From Enoplolaimus lenunculus (lineage: Eukaryota): DNA of 64,000 nucleotides. The notes under the pieces are model-generated. The model saw only the letters and a program-made list of their open reading frames with translations, made no database searches and was not told the DNA's origin. Each line of letters begins with the position of its first letter. Position 1 is the first letter of the stretch. Below are positions 27,101-42,100 of the stretch, one piece after another. The DNA lies in NCBI GenBank assembly GCA_030248215.1, contig JASANG010003984.1, positions 248,001 through 312,000 of the forward strand, written 5' to 3'. A program made the translations under genes and the position numbers.

Positions 27101-30100
27101 GCCGTCCGTCACTGTCCCTCACCCGTACGACGCCGTCCGTCACTGTCCCTCACCCGTACGGCGCCGTTCGTCACTGCTCTCACCCGTACGGCGCCGTCCG
27201 TCCCTGTCCCTCACCCGTACGGCGCCGTCCGTCACCGTTCGTTACAATACGTTATCATACGTGAGTTATTTGCGTACGATACCGCACGGTGACGGACAGC
27301 GCCGCACGGTGACGGACGGTACCGTGCGAGTGACGAACGGTGCCGCACGTCAACAAAAGTATAGCGCAACCCAACAGTCACAAGATTAGTCATTTTTCTC
27401 GTTCTTCCAGAAACTATATAAGCCTCGTGTGTTAGGCAACATATCATCTGTTGCATTTAGACCCATGTATATATATACACACATATATATGTATATAAAG
27501 TCTGGCCTTTTCTAATCCATAATCCTGGTGGCACCCTTGCCTGTTCCTAAATTATAGGATTACCAGTTACGGGCACAGAATAGAGGTAGACATTAGGGGG
27601 TATTAATAATCATACCAACTTAAACAAATGGTCATGTATGACTCACTGGGGCCTTGGTATGTCTTGAACGATGAAGTAGGGTAATATGATTGTGATTTAA
27701 CTCAACGCTACAATTAACGGAAAGGATGCGACAGGGGACATCCCCTACGGACGTCTTAAACTCTCCTGATATCACATTATGATGACAGCAAATACTGATC
27801 CTAAGTTTGAATAATTGGCCCATATAAAGATCAGGGGCGGAATGTTTTTCTGTGTGTTTAGAATAGAGTAAGCTTAAGGTTTAGACTATTTTTTTTGCCT
27901 GGCTTAGGCTTAGGCTTACGCTTAGGCTTATGCTTAGGAATATGCTCATTCTTATGTTTTGGCTTAAGCTTAGGCTTAAGCTTAGGCTAAGGAATATGCT
28001 TATAATACTGTTCCGCCCCCGTTCTTTCATTTGGCCGAAAAACATTTTCTTGCCCCACGTCTACTTGGCTTGTCTAGCAGAGGCGGATCCAAAAATTTGG
28101 GACGGGGAGCAGGCGGGCTGGCACATGTTATGAAACGCAAAAATTGTAAGGTAGAAACCTTTTCATTTTATCACCAAAAAATTTCGGAGGGCTTAAAATT
28201 GTAAGGTAGCGACCTTACCATTTTATCACAAATAATTGTTTGAGAAAAATTGTATGTTTTACAAAAAATTTTCCGAGAGGAAAAAATTGTAAGGTAAGAA
28301 CCTTACCATATTATTACAAAAAATTTCTGACGGGGGGCGTACGCCCCGTCTCACCCCTCCTCTGGATCCGCTAGTCCCTCTAGTAAAAAATTAAAGATAA
28401 CCAAGATTTCATTTCGAATCGAGTTTTATATAGCCATAAGCTCAACTGTTTCGTGCAGGTGAGTGAGAAATTTTTTTTGACGTCTAACATCCAGTAGGTT
28501 ATTGTAAAGGGTAGAAAAATGAGTTTGTCGACTTTTCAAATATTTCGAGAGATACAGTTTCCTACGCTGCCTACCTTGTATTTAAACCTGTGGACAGCGT
28601 AACGCGCTAGCTACATACTGCGAAAACCGCTTCCAGAATAAGTAAGCAAGAATGTAAATTGATTTTAATCAAAATGACCTGGGCCCATATTCTCAAATGC
28701 GTATAGCACCTATCATCAGTTACGGTAGGTTTTCAAACTGACGAACAACTGCACTTGCAGATTTGAAAATTGGTGCAAAAGTAGGACTAATCAAACGCGA
28801 ACAATGTGCTGAATTTCGAACCTCACCATCCGCTGGTTTCAAAGTTACAGAACATATTATTCACTGGTGATAGGTGCAATGCACATTTGAGAATACGGGC
28901 TCTGGTTCTCGCTTTAGGTGGTAAATTTTAAATATATGCAAAAAGGATGCCGAGTTTACTACGACATGAGTATAAATTAAAAATTAACAAAACCAAAAAT
29001 TTACATAATTAAGTTTAGGTTCATGCGCCTTTTGGTTCATATACATTTTTGAGCCACAAAATTAACCTGTTTTGGCAATTTTTGCATTGGTTTAAGTCAG
29101 GGTGTGACCGGATATCCGGTTCCGGTATCCGGTATAAACCTACCGGATACCGGATATTTACAGTTGTGTTTACAGTTGTGGTGCCGAGTATCACAAAATG
29201 CTTTTTACAAGCCCAATATCCGGTATCCGGTTCCTGTTCCGGTAAAAAATTTAATATCCGTATCCGGTTCCGGTATCCCGTAAATTAATATCCAGTCGCA
29301 TCCTAGTTTAAGCTATATACCCTTTTCACTCAAATACCAGTATCACGCGAAACGAAACCGCTAACTCTAAAATCAAATCTCGGTCAGTATGATCAACAAC
29401 AACAAAGTATAAGTCAAGCCAATACAAGTTTCCTCGTTGATTTAAAATTTTAAACACATACAAGAAATTAAACTTGAACGAAATTAAACTCAAAGACGCC
29501 TGTATTTTTCAAAGACGAACCCAATTCCGTGGCCCCACAATCAAAAAAAATACCATTTCAGTAATTCGTTTCATTACCAGTTGACAAAAACCATAGACAC
29601 TTTTACAGGCGTAACAATTAACGTTTCGCCTATACCTAAATGGACAAAAATAAATATATTTCATCACTCGTGGGTACGCTCGAATAATTATTTTCAAGCT
29701 ATACCCTTTCGAAATCAAATCCTAGCTATAAGCTTGTGTGTGGCCAGCCAAAGCTTTGAACATCAACATCAGTGGCAACTCAAAGAACGCCTCTAAACTA
29801 GTGAATCGCAGTTGATATGGTCATAATGTACGACTAAGACGGAATTTTGACGTCCCATGCAAGCAGTAGATAGAAAGTTGTCGTAGGATAGCAGAGAAAG
29901 ACAGACACAAGAGAGGAAACGCCGCATCATTTTGAGCCACGTGACGACCGTGGGATATATTCAGTGTCGGGGCACGCTAGGGTAGGGTCCCATAAAGATT
30001 CCGGGGTGGAGGTGCGATGATTAAAATATTTTTCAAATTGTTTATTTAAAATCTTGTTACTGTGGGGACCCTTCAACGAGGTGCCCCCACTACAAATGCG

Positions 30101-33100
30101 GGGGTATGACAGGCGGCTTGCACTGGCCAGGGATACATTATAGTAATCAAAAAAACGGGACTGAGCGAAACGAGCGAGATGCCAAACGCAATTTTAGTAC
30201 TAAATCTTAATACAACATTTTGGCGTTGATCCTTGTCATGGGGGCATGGTCAGAGTGTGCCCCACGCCCTGTAGCAGCCAGTATGAATAAAGGTTTAGGG
30301 TCATTTGCGTACGATCAACAAGTTTGAGATTGGACAAAATCAGGCGGACTCTAGATTGTGTATGATATTTGCTTAACTTATGAGCTCAAATATGAGAGTT
30401 TCTAGTCGAGTATAGAACATTTTAAGCATTATGACATTTCACAGTTTTATTCGATATTACATGCAGTCAGTGCCGGATCAGACAGGAGCGGAGACTCGCA
30501 CGTTTTAAAACTTCGGCGGTTTTTGTTTCAACCGGTTACGGTTGGGCCCCTTTAGGTGTGGGGGCCCACCAAATGGGGGTATGGGGGGTAACTGCTCCGG
30601 TCCTGCATACAGTTCCGCGGTTAGCCCGCCATACCTCCCAAGATAGAGATGTCCTTATCAACCATGAGGTTCGAAATACAAAATTTTAGCAGTAAACATT
30701 AAATTTATCCTTCAGTAGTAAAACTTGTAACTTTTACAGTGACCCCACCATAATTATCTCTGCTATTTGGCTAAAATACACACTGTCAGCTTCACATATA
30801 CCATTTGAATCGGAAAATTTTCACCACAACAACAAGGAGGGACATAACTACCCATACCCCTCCTGAATGTTTTGCTGAATGTATGTAACAAATACCGGCC
30901 AATGTAAAGAACACGGGCGAAACAGCATTATAATCATAGTCGTAAGCCTAAGCTTAAGCCTAAGCCCAAACCGAAGCCTAAGCCTAAGTGAAAACAACAC
31001 TTGAAGTAACCTAAGCTTACTCGAATGAGTGTGTCCAAAGTTCTTAATTACCAAAAATCTGAATTGACGTTTTTGTAAAATTGGTACCCCGGCACAACAA
31101 CTGTTAGTAATAAAGGCGGTCTTAAGGTCCGACTTTTGTTTTTGCCAAGTAAAGCGAAACCATCGGACTTTATCTCTAGCTACTTGCTTATCAGCATGGA
31201 CGCCGTAAAGTGTAGTCAAGGGGGTACATGTCACGCTAGCCCTGGGTCGAGTTAAAGAATTTCTATATAGGTAGGTGTACAGAGTCAAAAAATAAAAAAT
31301 CTACAGCTGTTGCAACGTATTTAAAACTTCGACCACTCGATCCAACTCGCAAACCCAAACCAAATATTCTAGCAGTGTTCCGAGCAAGCCTATAGCCAAG
31401 GGGCGGAGGACAGGGGGGGGGGTCGCCGTCGCCTGGAAAAATCTTGGCCCCCTAGACTATTTTCAACCCTGCTTTCAAGTCAACCAAATCCCTTGTATGC
31501 CCCTCCTGAAAAATTTGAACAGCAACGTGACCTGGCTACGGGCCTGGTTCCACCGAACTCGTCAACTTATCAAGCCGGGTTGTATGCCCGTAGGAACAAA
31601 TAGTTCAGACTAAATTTAGTTAAAAACATTTTAAAAACCTACTTCACAGTGTTGTAAAATTTAAAATTGAAATGTCCGTTGCGGGAAAATTTAAATGTTT
31701 TTGACGACGCCGCAGTACAACCAATCAGGTTTACTGTTAAACCAACTACGAGACTGTACCCACGCCCGTAAACCAGATCGGGATCAGGGGGTTGCTTCTA
31801 GTGAAAATTTTGACTCCCTATGAAACGTTTCAGTATTGATTCGTAAGAAACGGAAAACCCTTGTATGCAACTCGTGAAAAAATGATTAGTTCCTTAGAAC
31901 GCCGAGTTGGCTACATGCCTGGCCGTACCGAAATGGCAGGTGGAACGGGCCGGTGTCCGATCTCGAAGATGGGCGTTGCGAATATTTTAAAACGGGGATT
32001 AGTATGCCCTACGAAAATTTCAACGGGGGTTCGTCATGTTACAAACTGAGTATCAAAAAACTGTTTTACAAGTGTTCCAAAGGATGGTTGACCCCTAAAA
32101 CCCACTTCCCTGAAATGTCCTTGAGTCAAATTATTTTTCTATTCTACAGACAGGGTGCAGCCGGAATGACAAAATACCGGAACCGGAAAGATAAAAAATA
32201 CCGGAACCGGAGCCGGAATCGGAAAATAAAAGTACTTGTTATTGAAAAATGCATTTTAACGCTATTTTATCGTGTTTTAATGTAGTAAACACAACATTTA
32301 GAATGCTAAAATCCTGAAACATATGCAGTAGGTGGAAACATATGATAAATAACGGGGTATGGCACAGACTGAAAATTTCGGAAATACACGCTCAGACAAT
32401 TTTAGCAAACTAAGTAATAATAATAATATGCCAATTTTCTTTAAATTTTCAAATGAGAAAAATTTTCAATACCGAAAATACCACAAAAATTCCGACCGGA
32501 TTTATTACCGGAACCGGATAGTGAAAAATACCGGATTTCGCTACCGGAACCGGAATTATGGTTGCACCCTCTCTACAGAGGCGTTACATTATTCAATAAA
32601 TAGCTAACAATTTGCCAGGAGCCAAAACCTAATTGTTTTTAGATGCTTCACTCCTACCAATCCACATTTCACGGTTCACAGCTGAAAACATCCACATTGG
32701 ATTCAAGAACTTTTAAGAAATTCGAAACCGATGCCTTCTAAGCTCGTCAAGCCTTCGCGACACAAGCGTAGCCGCAATTTCTGTTCCTCAGAGTATAATA
32801 TTTTGTCATATATGATCCAGAGGGTTGTTATATAAAAGTCTTTTAAACGTGCTTATTTTTCGCTTCTGGAAAAGTTTCGTGGGCGGATCCCTGAGAACAT
32901 TTTTTGGTGATAAAATCATAAGCCTACCTTGCAATTTTTCGCTGCCTATGGCGTATATAGCATACAGTAAAAGTTGCGTTTCATAACATTTGACGGTAAA
33001 ACTTCTCGATCCACCTCTGCTAACACCAGGAACTGCTCATATCCCATAAGAAAAACCTAAACCTACTCAATCACCCGGTCTAAACCAAATTTGCCTGTTT

Positions 33101-36100
33101 TTATGCTTAGAAAAAGCAGCCTCTGGTTATAAAACTCTCACAGACAAATCAAATATATTACCTTAAACCTCACGACAATACCGACGCGCAGGGTTGTTTT
33201 TTCCGGAAAAAATGATGACCGGAAAAAATGAATTAAAAATGAAAAAAATGAAAAAATTAATTCTTTGTCTGAGTGATCGGTTATCCCACCCTTAGCCATA
33301 GTTTGCCCAAAATGCTTGCATTTTGATAGTTTTTGCATGTTTGAGCTTCTGATGACATCCTCTGATCATTCCATGCCCAAATGTGAATTTTTGAAATATT
33401 CGATTTTTAAGGCCATAAGTTCAGCCCCCTGCGACCCAAAAATTTGTTTTCGATAAGTTGGTCAAATTATATATCACTGACTCGTTTAGGCAGACATCTG
33501 ATTGGGAAACATTTAACAATATTCGTCTTAGCTCCGCAACCTGTGTCAAATGGTATAAAATTTGTATAATTTTTCTACAAAAGATGTTGAGTCCAATAGA
33601 GGAATTTGAGACCTTAAAATTGTTATTTTTAAAAAACTTAAGTTTTGGCGTTGAATAATCTGAGAAGGTCATCAGAACGTCAAAAAACTCATGAGTTGAG
33701 AGAGCTAAACAAGTCACACTGGTTTTTTTGTAAGTATATATTAAATCCCAAGATACTTTTGTGTTTTTTTTTCTGACATCGAAGCCTCTCAATTGCTGCA
33801 ACCTCGGGAGCAAAGCGAGGTTGAAGCTAGACTAATTCTTGTGTCAAATCATACGGTAAAAGCAAGTTTTCAATTTTGAGCGCCTTAACTTTTGGCCCCA
33901 CTGTCGACGAAACCTGGTAAGTGAACCGAACAATATGCCTATGTAGTTTTACATTGAATCACGTGGCAAAGTTTCAATTCTGAAATTCATTTATATATTC
34001 GTATACTGCAATTTTCGCGCTTTTCGGATATATAATTTATGATGGTAGACATATACACACGGCCACTTTTAATGTGTTGCAAGAAAATTAGTTACATGTC
34101 ATCTAAAAACGTTATTTTAAATGATATTTAGTTGCAAATTATATTTAAGAATCGTTTAATATTTTTCCATTTTTCCCACCCCCCTCGCAAAAAAATGGAA
34201 AAAATGAAAAAACAAACATTTTTTCCGGTAATTTTTTTCCAGCCAACCACCCTGCCGACGGGACACGATTCGGATGGGGGTGTACGAACGCTTTAAAAAA
34301 GAATTCTATGCTAAGAAAGTCGCATTATCCCCTCTGTAAAACTTCCTGCTCCCTCTAGCAATAATTATTAACCATGCTGGGATGCGCCAAGTTTGCGAGG
34401 AAGAGTGGCCAGACAGCCTTAAAACGGACTTTATGTTTTTCCAGTTGGGCTAAGCTTTATTAAAACATTGCTAACGATTTGTTTGCTAATGTCATACCAA
34501 AAAAAGCAATATTTTAGACGCATTATCGAAGTAGGCTCCAACCTGTGTAGTTTTCGGATGACAGCTCCAAACGGGTTACATACAGGCGCAGGTTTTCAGC
34601 AGACTTAACCAAAATTTTGTGTTAATATTCAGGGCCAATGTAAATGACAGGGGTGGAACTGTATTATAAGCGTATTCCTAAGCCTAAGCCTAAGCGTAAG
34701 CCTAAGCCTAAGCCTAAGCCTAAGCTTAAGCCTAAGCCTAAGCCTAAGCCTAAGCTTAAGCCTAAGCCTAAGCCTAAGCTTAAGCCTAAGCCTAAGCGTA
34801 CGAATGAGCATATTCCTACGCCTAAACGTAAGAATGAGCATATTATTAAGCCTAAGCCTAAGCCTAAGCGTAACAATGAGCATATTTCTATGCCTAAGAC
34901 TAAGCCTAAGCCTAAGCTTAAGCCAAAACAAAAAATCACTCTAAAATTTAGGCTTACACTATTGCAGTCCCACAGAAAAACGTCCCGCCTCTGATCTTTA
35001 CATGGGCCACTTTCAGTATACTAAAATTGAGTTTGGCTTTTCGCTCGCGAGCTTTTCTTTCACTATTATATATCGCCCGCGTTTCCAGTTTAAAAATTTC
35101 TAGATCCACCATTAACAATGCTGTCTAAATATACGCTTTTCCGGTGCAAAAAATACCCGGTAATAAAGCCCACAACCTCACACAAGTGTCAGATGGTAAT
35201 CTTGATAGATGAAAACTCATTGGCTGGTTAGTTATAAGATTGCAGTGTGAGCCAATGAAAACCCTATTTTTATGCCTCAAACTTGACGGCTGACCTTTGC
35301 CAAATTATAAATCTGGTTTAGTTTTTTTTTGTTTCGGGCACGTAGTCTATTAAACCGGGACCCAAGGCCAGCTCAGAGCAAATTGAAATTCTTTCGCTTC
35401 GTCAGAAACCATTAATAGAGTTTCACTTTAAAAATTCAAGTTAAATCACGTATGCTTGTCTGTTAGTTCTTTGAAAACCTATTAATATATTGAACGGGTA
35501 ATAGAACTGATGTTTAGTTACCAGTGAGTTGATTTTAACTCAGAATGAGTTGAATCACTCAGTCTGAGTTAGGACTATCAGAACTCAGAATTTTGAGTTG
35601 AGTCAATTGTTTTTGAGTTAATTAATCAACGCACCCTGAGTCAACTCAACTTAGAGTAAATATCAACTTAACTCAGAGTAAGCTAATGTTTACTGATATT
35701 AATTCAGAAATAACCAACTCGCTAGCTGAATTGATTAATCAACTCATTGGAATTTACAGTGTAACTGGCTCCGGAGACCGGAGGACACGTATTGCATCGC
35801 AATACTCGCGGAAGTATGATCATAAAAATGTATATAGAGTTCAATTTAACCCACAGCAAAGCTTTTCAAAAAGCCGCCTCTATATGGTACTGCTCAACTT
35901 AAAAACATCGACTTCAACTGAAACCATTATATTTTTATGAACCATTAAGTGTCTTATACATTTTTCGCTTTAGAAAATGAAAAAAGCACTCAATATAGGT
36001 ACAGTGCAAAATTGAAGCTTAAAACGTTTAGTACAACCAAGAGTGGATGATACAAGAGTGTGCAACTCTTTGGATTCTGCATGGTATAAAATGTACCACC

Positions 36101-39100
36101 GGGTATTGCGTTTTTGGCCGACCCTGCTTGTTTAGAAGAGGGGGGGTCGCTGTTACAAGCAATAACCCTAAATTAAACTATAAACGAAGTAATTTTTGTT
36201 GTCGAATACATAAAAATGTCATGGTTCGCACAGGTTGTTTCCCCCATAAAGAGGGGTCGGTCAAAAATGCAACGCTTGCCGGTGAATTCTTTTCTACTCA
36301 GAATGTACCCAGTTGCATACTCTTGTTGAAGTATGCATCATCCACTCTTGGTGCAACCAAGATTGAGATGCTTCGCTTGCAGTTTAATTTAGGGTTATTG
36401 TATGTGACAGCGACCACCCCCCATCTAAATAAGGTGGTTGGCCAAAAACGCAACGCCCGGTGGTACATTTTGTATCATGCGGAATGTTTTGCTTACAATA
36501 CGCCCCACCCTACTTCAATCAAGCAATTTTTCAATTTGTTATTACTTTTAACTCAACTCTAACCATATTTACTCAATTGAGCACAGTGAAGGTCTGCTTC
36601 CGACTCCGATTGAATTTTTGACGGACAGACGTTCCGGAAATTTCTGCAGTGAAATTTTTACTTTTTTTTGCAAAAGTTTTATCCTTTAGTTTATGAGTTT
36701 GAGCAATTTTAGAAGCTGTAATTGCCGAGAAATCTCAAAGAATAACCTTATTAAAATTAATTTGTTGATAAACACTTTGCAAATTTATTGTCGTATAAAA
36801 ATAGCAAATCCAACATCAGCTTTGTTAACTTTGTTCCGTAACTTACATATTTCACAAGTTACTTATCTACCACCTTTACTCAAAAACCTACTTTATTAAT
36901 GTTTTTTGTAACTTCACACTTACGATAAACGCTGAGTTTGATTTCAATGCCGGAAATTGCAAATATTTATCTGATTTCAACCATTTCAAACCTGTAATGC
37001 AACTCAGTTTTAGATTTCAAGTCCAACAACCAACCGAAATCCATTAATATATACATGAAGAAAAGATGGGGGGTCATATATCTGCCCGAAAATTTGCTAA
37101 CACTCAAAAATGACCGATTAACAATTGATGACAATGGCAACATTGCAGAGATAAACTTTTCTCGCTCGCTACGGTCGCTTTGCTCAAAAACTTACCGTTA
37201 AAGTGTGCTCTTCTGGCGAAATAAACTCACAGCATACGCCAACTGCTCAAAATCAAGGCTAATATCGGTTTCAAATCACTTCTATTTTTAATATTTCAGT
37301 TTGTGTATCTTTAAATTGTAAATTCATCTAAGATATGCAGATAAAAACTGTATGGCTGGTAAATTTAGAGAATAAAACTTTAATGAACGCTATTATACAA
37401 TACGACCCAATCAACTGCAACCAAAAATATATGCCACCCTAAACTGAGTTTGATTATCATCCAATCAAAATAACTGCCAGGGTGAGAGGCGCGTGGGGTG
37501 GTGGTCAACAAGGTATGGCCACTGTTAATTCGTTCTGTCAGGTAAATAACACTTCTTGATTGAAGCATTGCTTATGATTTGCCAGGTTATCTTAAGAACA
37601 ACTATGTTTTTTTCGACTCTGGCCCTCGCTTACTGTGCAAAAAGCTGAATAGGTTACAGTTTGATAATTCTTTGAAATCCAATATAAGTTCTTCAAAATT
37701 ATCCTTATTCAAAACCACAACAGACAGTCGTAGCAAGAGTGGCTTGTTAGGATTTCATTTCAACGCGATATATTTTGAATAACGAAATTATGAGCAGTAA
37801 ACATAGTGAGCAAGAAAAGTTTTATTTCCGGTTAAATATCCGACAAAAAAACACCCGATATCCGTTTCCAGTTGTGGTAAAAAATTCACCATTCCGGTTA
37901 AATATCCGACACAAAACACCCGATATCCATATCCAGTTGTGGTAAAAAATTCACGATTCCGGTAAATATCCGACACAAAACACCCGATATCCGTATCCAG
38001 TTGTGGTAAAAAATTCACGATTCCGGTAAATATCCGACACAAAACACCCGATATCCGTATCCAGTTGTGGTAAAAAATTCACGATTCCGGTAAATATCCG
38101 ACAAAAAACACCCGATATCCGTATCCAGTTGTGGTAAAAAATTCACGATTCCGGTAAATATCCGACACAAAACACCCGATATCCGTATCCAGTTGTGGTA
38201 AAAAATTCACGATTCCGGTAAATATCCGACACAAAACACCCGATATCCGTATCCAGTTGTGGTAAAAAATTCACGATTCCGGTAAATATCCGACACAAAA
38301 CACCCGATATCCGTATCCAGTTGTGGTAAAAAATTCACGATTCCGGTAAATATCCGACACAAAACACCCGATATCCGTATCCAGTTGTGGTAAAAAATTC
38401 ACGATTCCGGTAAATATCCGACACAAAACACCCGATATCCGTATCCAGTTGTGGTAAAAAATTCACGATTCCGGTAAATATCCGACACAAAACACCCGAT
38501 ATCCGTATCCAGTTGTGGTAAAAAATTCACGATTCCGGTAAATATCCGACACAAAACACCCGATATCCGTATCCAGTTGTGGTAAAAAATTCACGACGTG
38601 GCAAGACAATATGTCCCTGATCTATACATGGACCATGCTTTCATAGATTTAACGGACGAATGGCCACAAGCAACAACTTGAATACGGTATGGATAATGAG
38701 AAATTTAACGATTAATCCGAAACTTTATTTTTTCACAAATTTAATATATTGTTTTTTGAACTTTAATATAAATTTTTTCGCAATTCTAAGTGAAATTTTC
38801 AACAAGAAACCTCTTGAAACAATCCTGCAGCCAGAAGAGCACATTGGGGCTCAGCCGCTAGAATGGAAGAATGCGAGAACGTCAAGAAAGTTTTCAACCT
38901 TACTTATGTTAGTCATCGAAAACCCTTGTATGTCCCTCCTGAAAAATGTTAAGCGCCCAAGAAACGTTTTAGCTAACAGCACAAATAACCCGCATGATTG
39001 ACGGAATTGTGCACATTTTTCGCATTTTGTCTACCATAGGTACTTGCGACCCGAGTTTAAAGCATCACAGCTGATTACCAACAGTGGACAATAATCATTG

Positions 39101-42100
39101 TTTAACAAGAGTGTGCAACTGGATACATTCTGTTTAATACAAAATAATGTGTACCCAGCAACACGTTGCGTTTTTGGACTACCCTTTTCAATTTCAAACA
39201 ATAAAATATATGCTTTTAAAACACATGCTAATTCTACGTTTTAAACATCAACTACCCTCTAATCAAGAGCGAGGGAGCAAAACCGTAACGCCCGGTGGTA
39301 CATTTTATAGAACACGATTTTTGGCATGTTTCAAACTCTTGTACCAGTGACCATCCCGTCTTAATGCTCTAACTCTTGCTGACGATAACTACTGCACACA
39401 TTTGAGAATACGGTCTTAGAGTTTAATATTTTCCTAAATACATTTTTGGTACCAACCTATTTTCATGAGCTTATCTTTCTTAACAAAACCTGCTGATCGA
39501 GAATTCTGGCAAAATGCAAAGCCATACACGTTCAACTGTACCCATTCCAGGTGCGAAGTTATACGCACTAAAACCAAAACAGCCTAAACTTTCTAAATAT
39601 ATTTAAAAATTTACAGAATTCAACCGTAGAATATCGCGAACTAAGCGAATAAATATTTTAAGTTATAAAACTCGAATAGCACCGGTACCCATCTGGAGAC
39701 AACCTAAAGCCTAAATTCCTACCGGTAGTTTTTGAATTAAAGCTCTTGTTCACATGGGGGGGGAGATGAACCCTAATGTGGCGTCATTAATGCGCCGTTT
39801 AGTGCAGGAACCAACGACAGAAACGGGCTTTTACTGAAATACATAGCTAATAGCAACGTTTAGAAAGCTAACAGGTGTAAAAAGAATACGTAAACAACAA
39901 ACAGTTGTATTTTGGTTACTTACCTTTATCGTGAACATATCCAGCGATTGTAATCCCAAGGCCTTGTGTTGGTCCATCGCGGTCCAGTGTCACTTGATGG
40001 ACGGTTGCATCAGCCGGAATCCCGCCGTCTGTTCGAAATGTTGAGCCGTTCTATAATAAAACAAATTTGTCTCAATGTCTGCGCCTTTATTCTCAAATGT
40101 GTATAGCGCACCTTATAACACCAGGCTGGTGGGTGCATTGTAATTTTCAGGGAGTTGATTTCAACTCAGACTGAGTTGAATCAGTCAGCCTGAGTTAGGA
40201 CTATCACAACTCATGAGTTGATACAACTCATTCTGACTTCATTAATCAAGTTTCTCGGAACCAATTCAACTCAGAGTGAGCATTAACTCACAAGTTGAAT
40301 CAGTCAGCGTGAGTTAGGACTATCACAACTCATGAGTTGATACAACTCATTCTGACTTCATTAATCAAGTTTCTCGGAACCAATTCAACTCAGAGTGAGC
40401 ATTAACTCACAAGTTGAATCAGTCAGCCTGACTTAGGACTATCACAACTCATGAGTTGATACAACTCATTCTGACTTCATTAATCAAGTTTCTCGGAACC
40501 AATTCAACTCAGAGTGAGCATTATAACTCAACTCAGAGTGAGTTAATAAAGTTTACTGTAATTAACTCAGAAATAAATTAACTTTCCGTCTGAGTTAACT
40601 AATTAACTCGTTGGAATTTACAGTGTAATGATAGCTTTTGTAACTGTTGAACAGGGATGGGTGGTCTCGGCTAAAAAACCGAGGCCGAGACCTCGAAGAC
40701 CGGCCGTGAAAATCTTGTTCTTAGTTCATTTTTGGTCATCATCGAAAAAAATTTAAACCTTTCAATATAAATTATTTCTATTGATTTTTACGTAGTTTTT
40801 GGTGTTTTTTATTGTTTTTTGTATTTTTCACAGCAGTGTTGAAGCAGCAAATGACGTTATTCGAAATTCAGCCGATTTTTCACATTTGATTTGCCGTACT
40901 TCTGTGCAATTTTAAAGATTTACAATTGCATAAGTTCGTCAGTTTGTGAAACCTACGACTACCTGGTGATAGGTGCTATACGCATTTGAGAATATGACCT
41001 GTGGTACAAATCAACTGCAATAAATTGAACTCACATTTCTTAACATCTAACAGTTCGATTAATTGTAAGAATTTTATTACTTAAGGTATTTTCCGATCTC
41101 TTAATTAGAAACAATTGAATTTAGAGTGGCCCCGCCAATCAGAATTAAGCACAAACATTAATTCGGATTGGGTTTAAGGTTTTTAGAATTAGGGTGGCGC
41201 TATACCTTCGATGACGTCCGGTGCCGCCCGTCACCGTACGTCACGTTGCAGTATTGTACGTGAATTACTAATGTACGATACCATACGGTGACGGACGGCG
41301 CCGGACGGCACCGCACCCACCCTAAGAAGTAATTTTATTCCATACAAATTCTAAGTGTATAGAAATATGTTTCAAACTGCAAGCTAACAATTTTGCTTCT
41401 AAGCAGAACACTCGGGCTAAAGCTTTAATGGTCTACAACACTTGCAAGGACGTCTGCAGAAACTTCAAAATTGATAAGAATAAAACATATGTTACCATGT
41501 TACCAAAACTACTTTATCCAATTTTTATTAATTTAATAATAATTTATTACCTACCATTCATGCCAATTACCAATTGGCCTAAGTCAACCTGCTATTCTGA
41601 GCAAATAGCAGTTTGACCTACTCCAAATAGTGATTATGAGATGTAGCAAAACAACAGTGATGTAAAACCAACACTGATTGGTTAACGGTAAAACATTTGT
41701 CCAAATAATCAATTCTGATTGGTCTATAAATTCAATACCAGTTTAGCCCAGACCAAACTGCTATTACATAAACTAGCAGATTGGCTTACGATAATTAGCA
41801 ATTGGACAGAATAGCAGATTGATACGCGACATATATACAAAGCCAGAAATTAGGAATACAATTTATAAAAGTACTAAATTCGACCAGTATGCTGTTTAAC
41901 GTACATTTTCAAACAAACCAAAATGAATAAAGAATTGACTATTACAAAATCGACAACAAATATTCATTACTTTATCATTATGATTACTTGCAAGTTTATT
42001 ATGAACAATTTTAGACATAACTAAATGTTGTTCTATTTAGTTCTACTAAATCAGGCTACTGTGCGTTTCCTCCAATTTTTATGGTTAAGGCCTTATCACC

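Noticed and set aside
29780..29960. Possible internal promoter (unique sequence, CACGTG, GA-rich stretch)
   Set aside because: The motifs are too short to support a call without transcript data.
34677..34797. True telomere or chromosome-fusion scar
   Set aside because: The tract is short, enclosed by TIRs and a TSD, and such tracts occur in both orientations across the window.
34629..34994. LRLRLR / PKPKPK / LGLGLG ORFs (also at 7435, 22628, 27930)
   Set aside because: They are translations of (TTAGGC)n.
36047..36562. 171-aa ORF (likewise 24621-25139 and 53146-53571)
   Set aside because: These overlap repeat elements, and I recognise no domain or splice context.
37826..38596. Possible CRISPR array (also considered for 62893-63588)
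   Set aside because: Units are identical end to end with no variable spacers, there are no cas genes, and the context is a eukaryotic intron.
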